From Lama glama (lineage: Eukaryota): a stretch of 64,000 bases of DNA. How positions within the stretch are numbered: the first letter of the stretch is position 1; each line of letters starts with the position of its first letter. Made by a program: the position numbers and the translations under genes. Positions 23,100 to 34,200 of this stretch are shown one piece after another. Location: assembly GCA_028534125.1 (NCBI GenBank), contig CM052824.1, positions 59,954,001-60,018,000 on the forward strand, written 5' to 3'. The notes below the pieces were generated by a model. It was not told the origin of the DNA. It made no database searches and saw nothing but the letters and a program-made list of their open reading frames with translations.

Positions 23100-23780
23100 A
23101 GGGCACACACACGGGGTACACGGCCAAGACGGCAGCACAGAGCAACGGGGCGTGTGGGGACGCCGCGCCCTTGCGGGCGGCCTTCTGGTGCAGCCGCTGT
23201 GGAAGCTAGCTGGTGGTTCCTCAGAGGGTCAAACCTAGAGTCGCCGTGTGCCCCAGAGTCCACATCCAGGCACATGCCCAAGAGACAAAACAAAGGTCCA
23301 CACAGAAGTGCGCACGCACACCCATGGCGGCACCACTCACGTCGCCGAGAGGTGAAGCGACCCAGGTGCCTGTCGGCAGGGGCACGGGTCAATGAACGCG
23401 GTCTGCCCTGACAGTGGGACGCTGCTCACCCCAGCGAGAGCGGGGTCCTGAGCCGGTGGAGCCACAGCGTAGAGGGAGCGCGAAGGCGTTACGCTCAGGG
23501 AGAGTCACAACCAGCCGCCTGTTGCAGGATCCCCCCCGTATGAACGTCCCACACAGGCAAATGCAGAGAGACAGACAGCGGACCGGCGCGACCGGGGGCT
23601 GGGGCGCGGCGCCGGGAGCGGCTGCTGAGGAGCACGGGCTTCCTTTTCGGGGTGACGACGGTTTTCTAGGACTAGACGGTTGCGATGGCCCCACCACTGG
23701 ACTCACAATCCACTGAAACCCAGCAAACTGTGCGCTTTGAAAGGGTAAGGTTATGGCTTGTGACTACGCTCCAGTGAGGC
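23100..23780 (+). mobile_element. L1MB-like 3' end, heavily GC-shifted
   Basis: Collinear with the L1MB 3' consensus: GGTGCAGCCGCTGTGGAA..GTTCCTCAGA..GTCAAAC..TAGAG; GTCCACACAGAAG; AGGCAAATGCAGAGAGACAGA; CTTTTCGGGGTGACGAC; CTTTGAAAGGGTAA. Confidence 0.8.
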
Positions 23781-23842
23781 CGATCGAAGCGTGATGTTAG
23801 TTGATCTCTGCGCGCGTGCGCACGCACACGTTTGCATCTGTA

Positions 23843-24440
23843 TGTGTGACGCTCGTGGTTCAGGCTCCACATCTGCAGGTTCACCCACGTGCGAGGATGC
23901 GCCTGTGACCCCAGGTCAGCAGCCGCGGCCCGTTCCCCGGCGTCCCGGACACGCGTGCGGGGAGGACGGTGCGGGCTGGGCGGCACGCAGGCTCCCCGCT
24001 GGGGTTGAGCGGGTCACGCTCTGCCCCTCGCTCCGGCTCAGGCTGTCACCAGGTGTCCTCCTCACAGCCGGCTCAGTGTCATGCTTTCGGCACTGCTGTC
24101 GCTTTTCTTGGTGATTCCTCTGTTTAACAACGGCCCCCGGCCTGGTGCGAAGGGCCTCCAGTCTTTCTGAGCACAAGAAGGCTGCGATGCACCGTATGGA
24201 GAGAACACACGTTAGACAAGCTCCCTTCAGGCGGGAGCTACAGCGGCCGCGACACAGCGGGCGACAGTCAACGTGACCTGTTACATACGGGGTCTTTAAA
24301 CAGAGACACAAAAAGCAAGCTATGTACTGATGGGCTGGCGACAATGCGGTGACCAGAGCCAGCAGAACGCAGCCCCACGCCCCCCAGGAGCACTGGGTGA
24401 GTGCTCGCAAATGCCGCGTCGGTGGCTGCTTCGCGGAAAT
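23843..24440 (+). mobile_element. MER6A-type TcMar-Tigger DNA transposon
   Basis: TTGGTGATTCCTCTGTTTAA..GGCCCCC; GCACAAGAAGGCTGCGATG..ATGGAGAGAA..GTTAGACAAGCTCCCTTCAGGC; GTCTTTAAACAGAGACACA..GTGACCAGAG match the remembered MER6/MER6A consensus. Confidence 0.75.
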
Positions 24441-26177
24441 TTGCACGGGTACAGTGGGTCAGCTGCACACGTACGCACGGGAGCGACCTGCCTTCTCCGG
24501 CGGAAGGGCTCTCCGAATTTGACCCGAACTACACCCGTGTGCACCTGGCATCCAGGCACATGCCGGACGCCCTCCCTCAGGAGGACCCTAAACCAGAGTC
24601 ATCGGGACACGCTTCTGCAGAACCCAGGGGTCGGAGCTCCTCCGAGGCCTTGACTCTGCCGGCGGGGAGCCCATCGCACCGCTGACAGCTGGATGGGCGC
24701 AGGCTCGCTCAGGTGGCCAGCTAAGAGGGCAGCGGGAAACAAGGAGCGTGGCTCAGGGGTGCCGCGAACGTCGGGGCACCCCGGACGCCGGGCCAGTTTG
24801 GGACGTGGCTTTGCTTGGGGTAAGTCCTAACGCACCAGACAAATGATCTGGAGGAACCCGCTCTCTGGTCGGGCGACTGTGTGTCTTTGCTGATTGGCAA
24901 ACGTGCCTCTCCTGACCAGCGTCAACCTTTGCAGGGCTCGGGGGAGTCGCAGCTGAGGCTTGGAGAAACCTCGTTACACGGAGCTGCATCCTGCCAACCG
25001 CGGTGGGCTGGGCACAGGTCACCGAGACGCCGCCCTTTGAAAATGCAAAGCCCACGGAGGCTTGCTGATCAAGGGGCCACTTAAAGCGGCTGAAACCAAA
25101 CTTCCCTCTGTCTCTAGCGCACGTGTCCCCAGCCGCGGCGGCATTCATTCCATTTTTCCTTTGCTCCTGCTTCGGCAGGTATCCCCTGAAGCCCGTGAGG
25201 GGCCAGGCTCCGGGACGGGTGACTGTGGATTTGCCCCGAGAAGCCCACTCGGGGAAGGGGGCCGGGGCCCGGAGGAAGGCGGCGGTTGTGGGGGGACGTG
25301 CAGAGGCTCGGAGGCGTGAGGCGGTGGGCCTCCTCTCTTCGGGGCACCGTCCCCACCTGCAGTGCTGAAGGCAGGACCTGGTCTGGGGAGGAGATTTCAG
25401 CTGTGGAGGGAAGTCGCACTGCTCTCACCGATGGATGGACGAAGGTTTCACGTTAGTGCGCGGAGGACCACGCGCAGACCTGGGCAGAATCGGACGCGAG
25501 GGGCAAAACCTCACCGCGTGGTGCATGCACCCCAGTTACAGGGCTCCCCACGGACACCAGCGAGCCGGCTACTGCTGGAGGAGGACACGCGTTCACAGAA
25601 CAGAGGGGATGAAGGAGCGGGAGCACGAGCAGCCCGAGGCAGGACTTCCCCAGCAGCAGGGTCAGCGCCTCGCCGGCGGTGGGTGGCGGGGCACGAGGTC
25701 CAGGAGGACGGCGTGCGGGCCCTTCACCCGCCGGTGGCCCTGGCGGGACTGGAAGGGGAACCAGCCAGCAGTAAGGAGGATGGAGCCCTGTCAGGTACAG
25801 ACACCCTGACGCTGCAGGAAAGGCTTGCAGGAAAGCCAAGGTGGAAAGGATGCCTTTTTGCACAAATGTGGCTGAAGCAGCAGCCTGCCGCCAACTCCAG
25901 AACCAGCATGTCTCCAAAATTCCTCCCCCAAGCTTTTCACAGGCCCCAGAACCAGGGCTGCGTGCAGGACCCCCAGACCTCAGTCAACGCTCAGCTGCAG
26001 GACAAGAGTCCCTGCGGGAAGCTTCTCCCCAGGGGAGCTCTGGCGCTGCCCCCAGCCCGTCACCCAGGAAGGAGCTGCCTGGAGTGAATGGGGACACGTA
26101 GGACACGGACGCCACACAGCCAGGCCACCGCCACCACCACTGTGACACTCTTAGGATGTAAAGACCCATCATCCAGA

Positions 26178-26355
26178 GCTGCCCTGTCCCATGGTCACCA
26201 TTTAAATCTAAGATAATAGAATGAAATCAAATGAAAACTCCGGTGCCTCAGACGTCCGGCCACACTGCACGGCTCAGGGCCACGTGGGCTCGTGGCTACC
26301 GTCTTATGACGGTGACGTTCTGGACCACGTCCATCATCACAGACGACTCTGCAGC
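26178..26355 (-). mobile_element. MER3/MER33-type hAT-Charlie element
   Basis: ATTTAAAT..CCTCAG..GCCACGTGGGCTCGTGGCTACCGT..TCCATCATCACAGA matches the reverse complement of MER3. Confidence 0.7.
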
Positions 26356-28539
26356 TCTAAGGCCCTGCTGTTGGGGCTAAGCTTCCAGGAGGCAGGACAC
26401 GTGCAGGATGCGGGGAGAGAGGGACACGGGGAGAGAAGGACGCTGGTCTTGGACACGGGGGGGTCGTGCCTCCTGCAGTTCAGGGGCTGCTAAACAGTCA
26501 ATCTGAATCCATTTACTGAGAAGACAGAAGACGCTGGGTCACTGTACACCCCCAAGCCCGGAGGATGACTGGCTTCCCGAACCCTCCTCCCCTACGGGCC
26601 GCACAGACACCTTTCCTCTCCTGGCTCCCTGGACCCCTGCTGCCCCCTTCCAGCGGCCCCATGGCATCTCAACGGGGGCATCAGGCAGGAAGCTTAAAAC
26701 CACCCGGAGCCAGTCCGCCGGGTTGAGCACTGTCTCCGCTGCCGGACGCCCAGCCCCGCCCCCGCCTCCCGGGCGCTGTCCCGACACAGAACCTGATGGG
26801 AAGGGGCTGAGACCAGGATCTGAGCAGACCACTCAGCGCGGTCTGAAGAAGCAGCCCCGTCCTTCGCCCTTTGGGAAGACCGCAAGCTCAGGATGCGTCG
26901 GGGCTCCCTGAACCGCTCCTCTCGCTCCCCGGCCCCCCACGCTCTCCTGCCGGCTGGGCCTTCCTGTGGGGGCGGGGGTCACGCTCCAGTTACCCCAGCT
27001 CCCTGGAACCTCTGTTGCCCTCGGGAGAGACAGGAACTTCTCCACCGAGGAGGGTGATCTGCTCTCCCCTTGGGCTGCATGAGTGGTGTCCTCAGCCTAC
27101 AGACCTCGGGAAGAATTTGGAGAAAAAAGAGCCCGACACCCAGAGCCCTAGACTAAACAAAGCTTCCAGTGGGCGAGCTGCGGTGCGGGCCTGGGGACGC
27201 TGGTGCGGGGGCCGGGCTGCTGGGTGATGGGCGGGCGGCGCCCGGCCCGGAGGTGAGCGTGAAGGGGCCCTTTGTTTCCCAGCACACGTGCAGGGCCACC
27301 TCTGACGAGGGTGGGGCTGCACACCTGCGTCAAAGGATGCCCTCCTCCCCTCCCCCAGGGCGCCGACGCTCCTGGGGGTCTGGGCAGGGGTCACTGGGGT
27401 CAGACGGGGACCCAGATTGGAGAGTGTCGCCTCCAAGGGCCCCTCCTGGGAAGTCTGGGGGGATGGGCGACCAGAGGGGCCCCAGGGAGCATTCAGCCCC
27501 TCTGGGCACTGAGTCACCTTCCTCCCTGTCCTCAGAGCAGCGCCCTCAAGGGAAGAGGGGAGACTGAGGCAGAAGGGGTTCAGCCCTCTCGCCCAGTCTG
27601 ATGTCTGCCCTCAGCACCACCTTGTAAGTGTCTCAGCCGCAGCAGCGGGCCTGTCCTACGTGCTGGGGGCCAGGCCTCCCGCACGAGCAGCTCCTATAAA
27701 TGCAAAGATGGGGCGTGACCCGGGGCTCCCAGCGGGGTCGGCCTCCCCCTGGGAGGCAGCTTCCCAAAGGCCAGCTCCGGCCCTGCGGGCAGGACTGCGC
27801 CTCGAAAGGTCCAGCGATGCTGCTGAGGTCACAGCAGTGTGGCCACGCTGACCCCATCAACTTGATTGGCTATTTGGGGACAAGCTGGAGGCCAGTGGGG
27901 TTCCGTCCACTGTGATCCTGCAGGCGAGCTGGGTGGGATCCTGCGCCCCGAGCTGTAGGGTGGAGACCCCCGGGGGTGGCTTCTGAAACTGCTGAAGCTG
28001 GAGCAGAGACGGAGGTGAAGAGAGTGCAGCAAGGCTCCCTCCCCACAGGAGCAGCCCCTTGGGGGCCTCGTGGAGAAGGCCCCTCCACCCTGGGGACACG
28101 CCACGCCACAGCCCCTCTGAGCCAGGCTCTGCCCCCACAGGACAGCTCTCTCCACCTAGGATGCTCCACCTGTTTACCTGGATCTCGTCACCTGCTGCCT
28201 CCCTCAGGCGGGGACACAGGAGGATGCCTGGCAATGGTCCAGCCATGGCCCTTGTAGAGAAGCCAGAACCACCCCACAACAGGAGCGCCTGCGCACGCCA
28301 CACACGCACACACACGCGCGCACACGCGCACACGTGCTTTCTGAGCACCTGTGAGGAGCTGTGCTGACGGTGGGTGGTGCCCTCCAGACGCCCCAGCACC
28401 TGTGGGGGGACATTAATCCGCAGACGGTGAGAGACCCACTAGAGACGGGGGACGCCAGCTCTCACTCCCCGTCTCCCGGCGACCGCCGAGCGCAGGACCC
28501 CTCCATAAATCCCGTTCAACAAGCTCTTCACAGCGCAAC

Positions 28540-28870
28540 ACCCTACTATTAGCCAAGACAACCACTTACTCAAAACAAACACTGGTCGTGAGCTGAGCGG
28601 AAACACAGTCCCCTGTGATCACCGGTTCCCGGCCTGGGCACTTCGATCTCTCTGTTTATGAAACAATAATGGAATTCTATTTAGCGGCGCGGCACCGCGT
28701 TCGCCGCCTCTGATGAGTTTGCATTCCAGCTTTGCCCCCGGCGACCGGCTCCGTCCTATTACTGCCTTGTCCCGCTTCACAGATGGATGAACCGCCGCTC
28801 GGAGAGCAATACAACCTTTACCCACGTGCTATTATCGAAACCAGTGTCCATGGCGATTTTCAAAGGTTTC
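28540..28870. promoter_or_regulatory. Putative conserved enhancer
   Basis: Unique island with TGTTTATGAAACAATAATGG, CTATTTAG (MEF2-like core), TTTGCAT and CAAACAAACA (FOX), and retained CpGs. Confidence 0.4.
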
Positions 28871-29369
28871 ATTCCCACACAGCGGATGGTCTTGGGACGG
28901 AGATGCAAAAGGGGCCTGATTACCACAGCCCTGTCCCAGGGCTGCAGGGCCACGCTGGCTTCCAGGTGGGGAGGGGGCTGCCGGGGCCCCTGGCTCTCTG
29001 GACTGCTTGCCGAGGCCCCTCGCTCCACGGGCGAGACCCTGCCTTCCCCTCCACTGACTGCTGGGGGGTGCGCGTGTTCATTCTAATATCTCTGGGCCCC
29101 AGCCCCACGCCAGGCACTAGGGTGGGATTCGGGGTCTGGTCCCCGTCCTCGTGAGGCCGACGGTTCACGGGGAAGCCTCGGCACGAGAGGCACCCCTCGT
29201 GCTGAGGATTACCTGCGGGAAGACGGTTGAACTGAGGCCGTGCTGGAGTCCGAGCTCACGCGACAGAGCTGAATGACTCCTTTTGGGACAATTTAAGCGA
29301 GGCGAGGCGAGCTGGAAACCTCCACACGTCCCCGCGGTGCTCACCGCCTCTCAGACCCACTGGGGTCCT

Positions 29370-29460
29370 GAAGACGCTCTGGGGGCACACGTTTTCATCA
29401 CAACTGGGGGTTGGACCCCCACCGACGTGCTGGGTGGGACGCTGAGCCCGGGCTGCATCC
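29370..29460 (+). mobile_element. MER20-like fragment
   Basis: TCTGG..TTTTCATCACAACTGGGGG..GGGTGG resembles the MER20 interior; short and diverged. Confidence 0.35.
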
Positions 29461-31559
29461 CGGCCTGGGCACCGGTGCCCCGACCCCTGTCTCCCGGGGC
29501 CCTAGCCCCACGGGGGCCTGGCAGCGTTCCTGCCACGCCCTCCTCCGCGTCCTTCTTTTAGGGGGGTAGTAGCTTGTTTCCCTTTCCTTTCCCTCTCGAC
29601 ACCCCCACTTATCTTCCACCAGACCGCGGTCAAGGTGCAGGTTACGTGTGTGCTACTCGCCAAGAGGCCTCTTTTCAACACTCGGGGGAGCAGACAGCGG
29701 CGCGGCCGGGGTGCACTCGACTCGCTCAAGTGCTGTTTATCTTTTCAGGGCCTCTGTTTCCCGCGGGTGGAGACACCACTGGCCGCGGTGGAGGACCAAA
29801 CGCTCCCCGGCCAGAGCTGGACACTGCTTCGATTTCCAGAGGCTAAAAGCAAAAGAGCTGGGAGAGGCCGCACACCCCCGTCACCACTTCTCCCGCTGCG
29901 TCTGCTCCACGGGCTAATAACGCGGGTGTTGAGTAACAGGCCTGAGACTCGGCCACGGAGAGCCCTTCTGACGATGTCACTGGGCAGAACCCGCCTCGTG
30001 TTTTCCCCTCAATAAATCTATCTTGTGCGGAAGGTCATTAGCCCGACCTTGAAGGGCACATGTCTCGCCAAGACCTCTTCGGCCCAAAGACGTTGACCTC
30101 CAAACCAGCCTTTCTGGAATAATCATGTGCCTTCACGCTGGGCTCCCGCTGCCAGGCCCAGCTTCCCGAGAGCCCCGGGGGGAACTTGCCGGCTGTGGGG
30201 TGGGGTACACGGCCCAGGCGGGTCCCAGGCAGCGGGAGGCCTCCGTTGCCTTCCTGCCGGGGAGGTCCTTGGAGAACAGGAGTTGAACCGGGCTCATCCT
30301 CTGTGTCCAACCCCGTGGGTCTCACCCTGGGACTGGAGCCACCCACAGGCTGGTTAATCACGGCAGCTACCCCCCAGCACCCCGCCCAGCAGGTCCGGCC
30401 GGACCCCGAGGACCTCCACGTCTAGGGAGCGCGCGCACGGCGCTGAGAACAGCAGCCCCCACCCCATGTGCGTGCTCATGTGGAATGTACTTAGCGTGGG
30501 CGTTGCTTGGACTGGTGTCCCGTAGGAGGCTGGGGGACCCTGTCCGTGCTGGCCGGTGGGTGGTCGGCGTGAGACACGGGGAAGGCCCGTGGACCCCCGG
30601 GCTGGGATAGTAGCAGAAGTGGGCAGTATCCACTGGACACCCTCTGGGAGCCAGCGCCTCTCCCGTCACCTCCTTTGCCCGGCGTGGGGTTCCCGAGATG
30701 AAAAAACTGACGCTCCGGGAGAAGGGGCCCCAGTGGGCCGGCGGCGGGTCCAGGTGAGTGTCTCCAGGACTTCCCAGAACTCCCTGTGACCTTGGGCTTG
30801 CCTTCCTGTGGGGACTCCCATCTACCGGGGCCATTGCCACCCGGGGCCGCCCTCCACTCTGGGATGCTGCAAGGGTCACTTCCCGCTACAGACCTGCCCC
30901 TCCACACGCGCCTCGTGGCTTCTCATCCTCCCGAGAGTGGAACTGCCCCAGCCCACGAGGGCCCCGCGCTCCGAGGGCGCCCCTCCCGCGCGTCTCCTCG
31001 CGGCTGAGGACAGAGCAGCCGCTCCCAGGCCCTGCAGTCAGGAGGCCAGGCTGCTCCTGTCACATCGCAGGACAGGCAATAAGGCCCCTGATGAAGGACA
31101 GGGGTGCGTTTCTGCACCACTAATTTCCGTAACTGTCGCTCTTTGAAAGACAGCTCGGGCCCGGGCGCTCCCGCGCTTCCCAGACAGAGCAGTATTATGT
31201 GGCCAAGTTCAGGTTCCGTCTCCTGTTTCAGGGATCTGACAGGGGAACTTCTTCAGTATTCTGCAATCCACAGCCCCCGTCTTGAGTTTCTCCCTCTGCC
31301 AGGTCCTCCCGGAGCCCGATCCTCTCCCGGGTGGGGGGGTGGCATTCCCCCGCCCCCCCAGCCTGGGGCCGACCTGGGCCAGCCTTTGGGGAAAGATGTG
31401 GGGTCAGCCCGGGGCTGTCATCACTGTGGGCGGGGCCGCCAGGCTCGGGTCTGGGCTCAGAAGCGGTGTGAGGCGGGGGAGGGAGGGCCGACCGGCAGAA
31501 TCACCTCCGGGGACGCCGGCTTCTGGGTGTCAGCGTCCTGGCCCTGTAGGACCTGAACA

Positions 31560-31670
31560 AGCTCCAGCCTCTCTGCGACTCGGTTTCCTCACCTGTGAAA
31601 TGGGGGTGCTGAGACCCTGCATCACGGGGAAGGAAGGGCTGACGCGGACGTGCAGGGAGAGGCTTCCAGG
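31560..31670 (+). mobile_element. MIR fragment
   Basis: CTCGGTTTCCTCACCTGTGAAATGGGG is the MIR core. Confidence 0.7.
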
Positions 31671-34069
31671 CCACAGGACGCCTTTCACTTGTCGCTCTGG
31701 TCTTCTACTTCCAGACGCGGGGGCCCTGTGCTCGCGGGGACCCTGCCCGGGAGTTGCGGGGGGAAGTTCTGGCACCAGCATCGGGGTTGGCGTGTTCACG
31801 ACGCTGACTGTGGGCGCCGGGTCAGACTTCCTTCCCACCCAGCCCCAGCCTGGCGCAGCGTGGGAGGAGGCGGGTGAGTTTGGGAAGCACGGGATGGAGA
31901 GGCTGCGCGGGGCTGGGGACAGGACTCAGGGCTGGGTCCTGCGGGCTTGTGAGCCAGCACCTGCTGGGCACTCGCACAGCTGGGAGCGGAGGTTCTGGCC
32001 GCTCCACCTGCCGCGTGGGATGCGTCCTGTCCCACAGGTCCCCACGACCAGGCCCGGCAGCCGAGTGGCTGAGCTGAGTGTCCTCAGAGTCTGTCTGCCG
32101 GCAGGGTCCTCGTCATCACAGGACCGTGGGGGGCTTGTAGACCCGCAGTTTCCCCGCGGACCCCTCCCCACAGGCAGAGTGTGTAGGACGCAGCGCGTTC
32201 CGTGCACACCCCTGGGTCCTGAGACTGCACTCCCAGGGGCCCTGCCCTCCCACCTGTGGCCCCTGGTTCAGGTCTCTCGCGGTGCCTGCACAGCTAGCCT
32301 CCCCTCCCCTTTGGGGGCCTCCACCTGAGCCTGCAGCGAATGAGCAGTGAGTGGGGGAGGAAAACCCCGCGCCCTGGCCGCGGCGCCAGCACCCCCAGGC
32401 CCGCAGGGATGGGGGTCTTCGGCCAGGACTGATGGCGCCCAGGCGGCGGGCCAGCCCGGTGCCCTGCCTCGAGGCCCTGCAGAGAGGTGGTGCAGGGTTT
32501 GCATGCCAGCCCCTGCCCGTCAGGCCCTCCCCACTTCGGGACTTCAACCCCCCACGTGCAGGAAGAGAGCGCCTATCTTCCTCCTGCGGCGCCGTCCGGG
32601 CCCCGCCCCTTCCGAGGACACACGCCCAGGGCAGGAGGCGGGAAGGCTGACCTGGCTCTTGGGGGAAGGCCCCTCGAGCCCAGGCCCTGGGGTCTCGGAT
32701 CCCACCTGAAGGCACGGTCACTAAACTCCCTGCGGCACCAGCCGAAGGGTCGAGGGGGCCAAGAGCTGGTGGGCGGCTCAGTGTCCCGTTCCCATGGCCC
32801 CTGGCTGAGCTCCGGGCACTGGCACCTGCCGGGGGCCCTGCGCGCCCACCCTAGGGGGACTCAGCCCCAGCCCTGGTGACCTGACTTCCCCACCAAGAAC
32901 CCTGGGGTTCAGAGAGCAGACTGCAGTCCCTCAAGGTGAGCTTCCCTGCTAACTGGGGAATGCCTTCTTTAGAAGCCAGCAAGGTGGGGAAGAGCAGAAA
33001 GGAGGTCCAGGCCTCGCCCTGGCCTCGCCCCAGGCCCCGTAGGATGTCCAGGGACCTGCTGGGAGCTGACCCCAGGCCTCTGCTCACAGTGCTGGGCTGG
33101 GGGCCTAAGGGTCACAGGTCAGCCCTGGGCAGCCAAGCCCCTGAAATGCCAGAAAGCTCATCATGTTCTCCCTGAGGCTGCGACTAGCTGCTTCCCAGGG
33201 GATCCAGGCCATCGTGGCCACCAGAGTGGACACTAGGGGCCTCCTGGGCAGCCCTCCTGGCTGTGAGGGCTTTGCCTCCTGGCCCTGTGGCTCCCACAAC
33301 CCTGGACAGACGTGCTTTGAGTTCCAGCTCTTCCTGCCTGCTGGTGTGCAAGCCGGGTAGCCTCTGCTTCCCTCCCTGGAGTGAGGCCTCGCGAGCGTTA
33401 AGCGTCCAGTATACGGAAGGCAGGCCGCCTAAGTGGAAACGGACCAGGCAGCGTCCCGCATCACTGGCGTGGGAGGAACTGGGGGTGTGGAGGTGTAAAC
33501 ACACTTTTGAGAACCCCCAGGTCCCTGTGGTGGGTACAATGCCCAGAGCCCGCAGACAGGAGCCCGGGGGTCCTGAGCATCCTCCCCTCAGGGCGGTCCA
33601 GAGCTCCCACTCTGTCCCCTCCTGGCCACGCGGGAACCAGTCGGTCCGCCCAGAACATACAGGGCTCAGCCGGTCCAGCGCAGGCAAGGAAGCCCACCAA
33701 GAGGAGGGACGGGAGCAGGAGGGGCTGATGGGAAGCCGGCACCCCTCTCTAGAATGTTCCAGAAGGCTCGTGTGCTGCCAGCTCCAGGCCTCTCCTCTGC
33801 GGGGGAAGCCACCGGGCCTGCGGGGTCGGGGGTGGTGAGGCCTGGCCACCGTGGGGGTCGCCTGCTGTTGCCCCGCCCACTTCGCCGCACGTGGCTCCAT
33901 CATGCACAGGGCGTTTTCAGCGTCTGTATCAACTTGATTCAATTACGGGGATGGCGGCAAGGCGAGGGGTGTTCCCCCAGGGACTGCGAGCGCCCCAGCG
34001 CCCGCGGCCGGGGAGAGTGGGCAGCAGTGGGAGGCGCACAGGGAGAATGCTGACTCTGTTCCTTCAAAA

Positions 34070-34200
34070 CTCCTGTAATTGACTTTTTAAAAAATGACAT
34101 TAGCATTTAAATGGCCCCGTCGTTATGAGGGTGAAGGTTCACTGGAATATGATCAATTTATCGAGCTCTTCAAATGTTCTTTGATATTTATTTTTTGATG
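34070..34200. promoter_or_regulatory. Putative enhancer island with DR1-like nuclear receptor site
   Basis: AT-rich unique island with TAATTG, GGGTGA-A-GGTTCA (34129-34141), CAATTTAT and CTTTGAT (TCF). Confidence 0.4.

Noticed and set aside
31282-32328. 348-aa ORF
   Set aside because: Contains the translated MIR core (LGFLTCEMG); no homology recognised.
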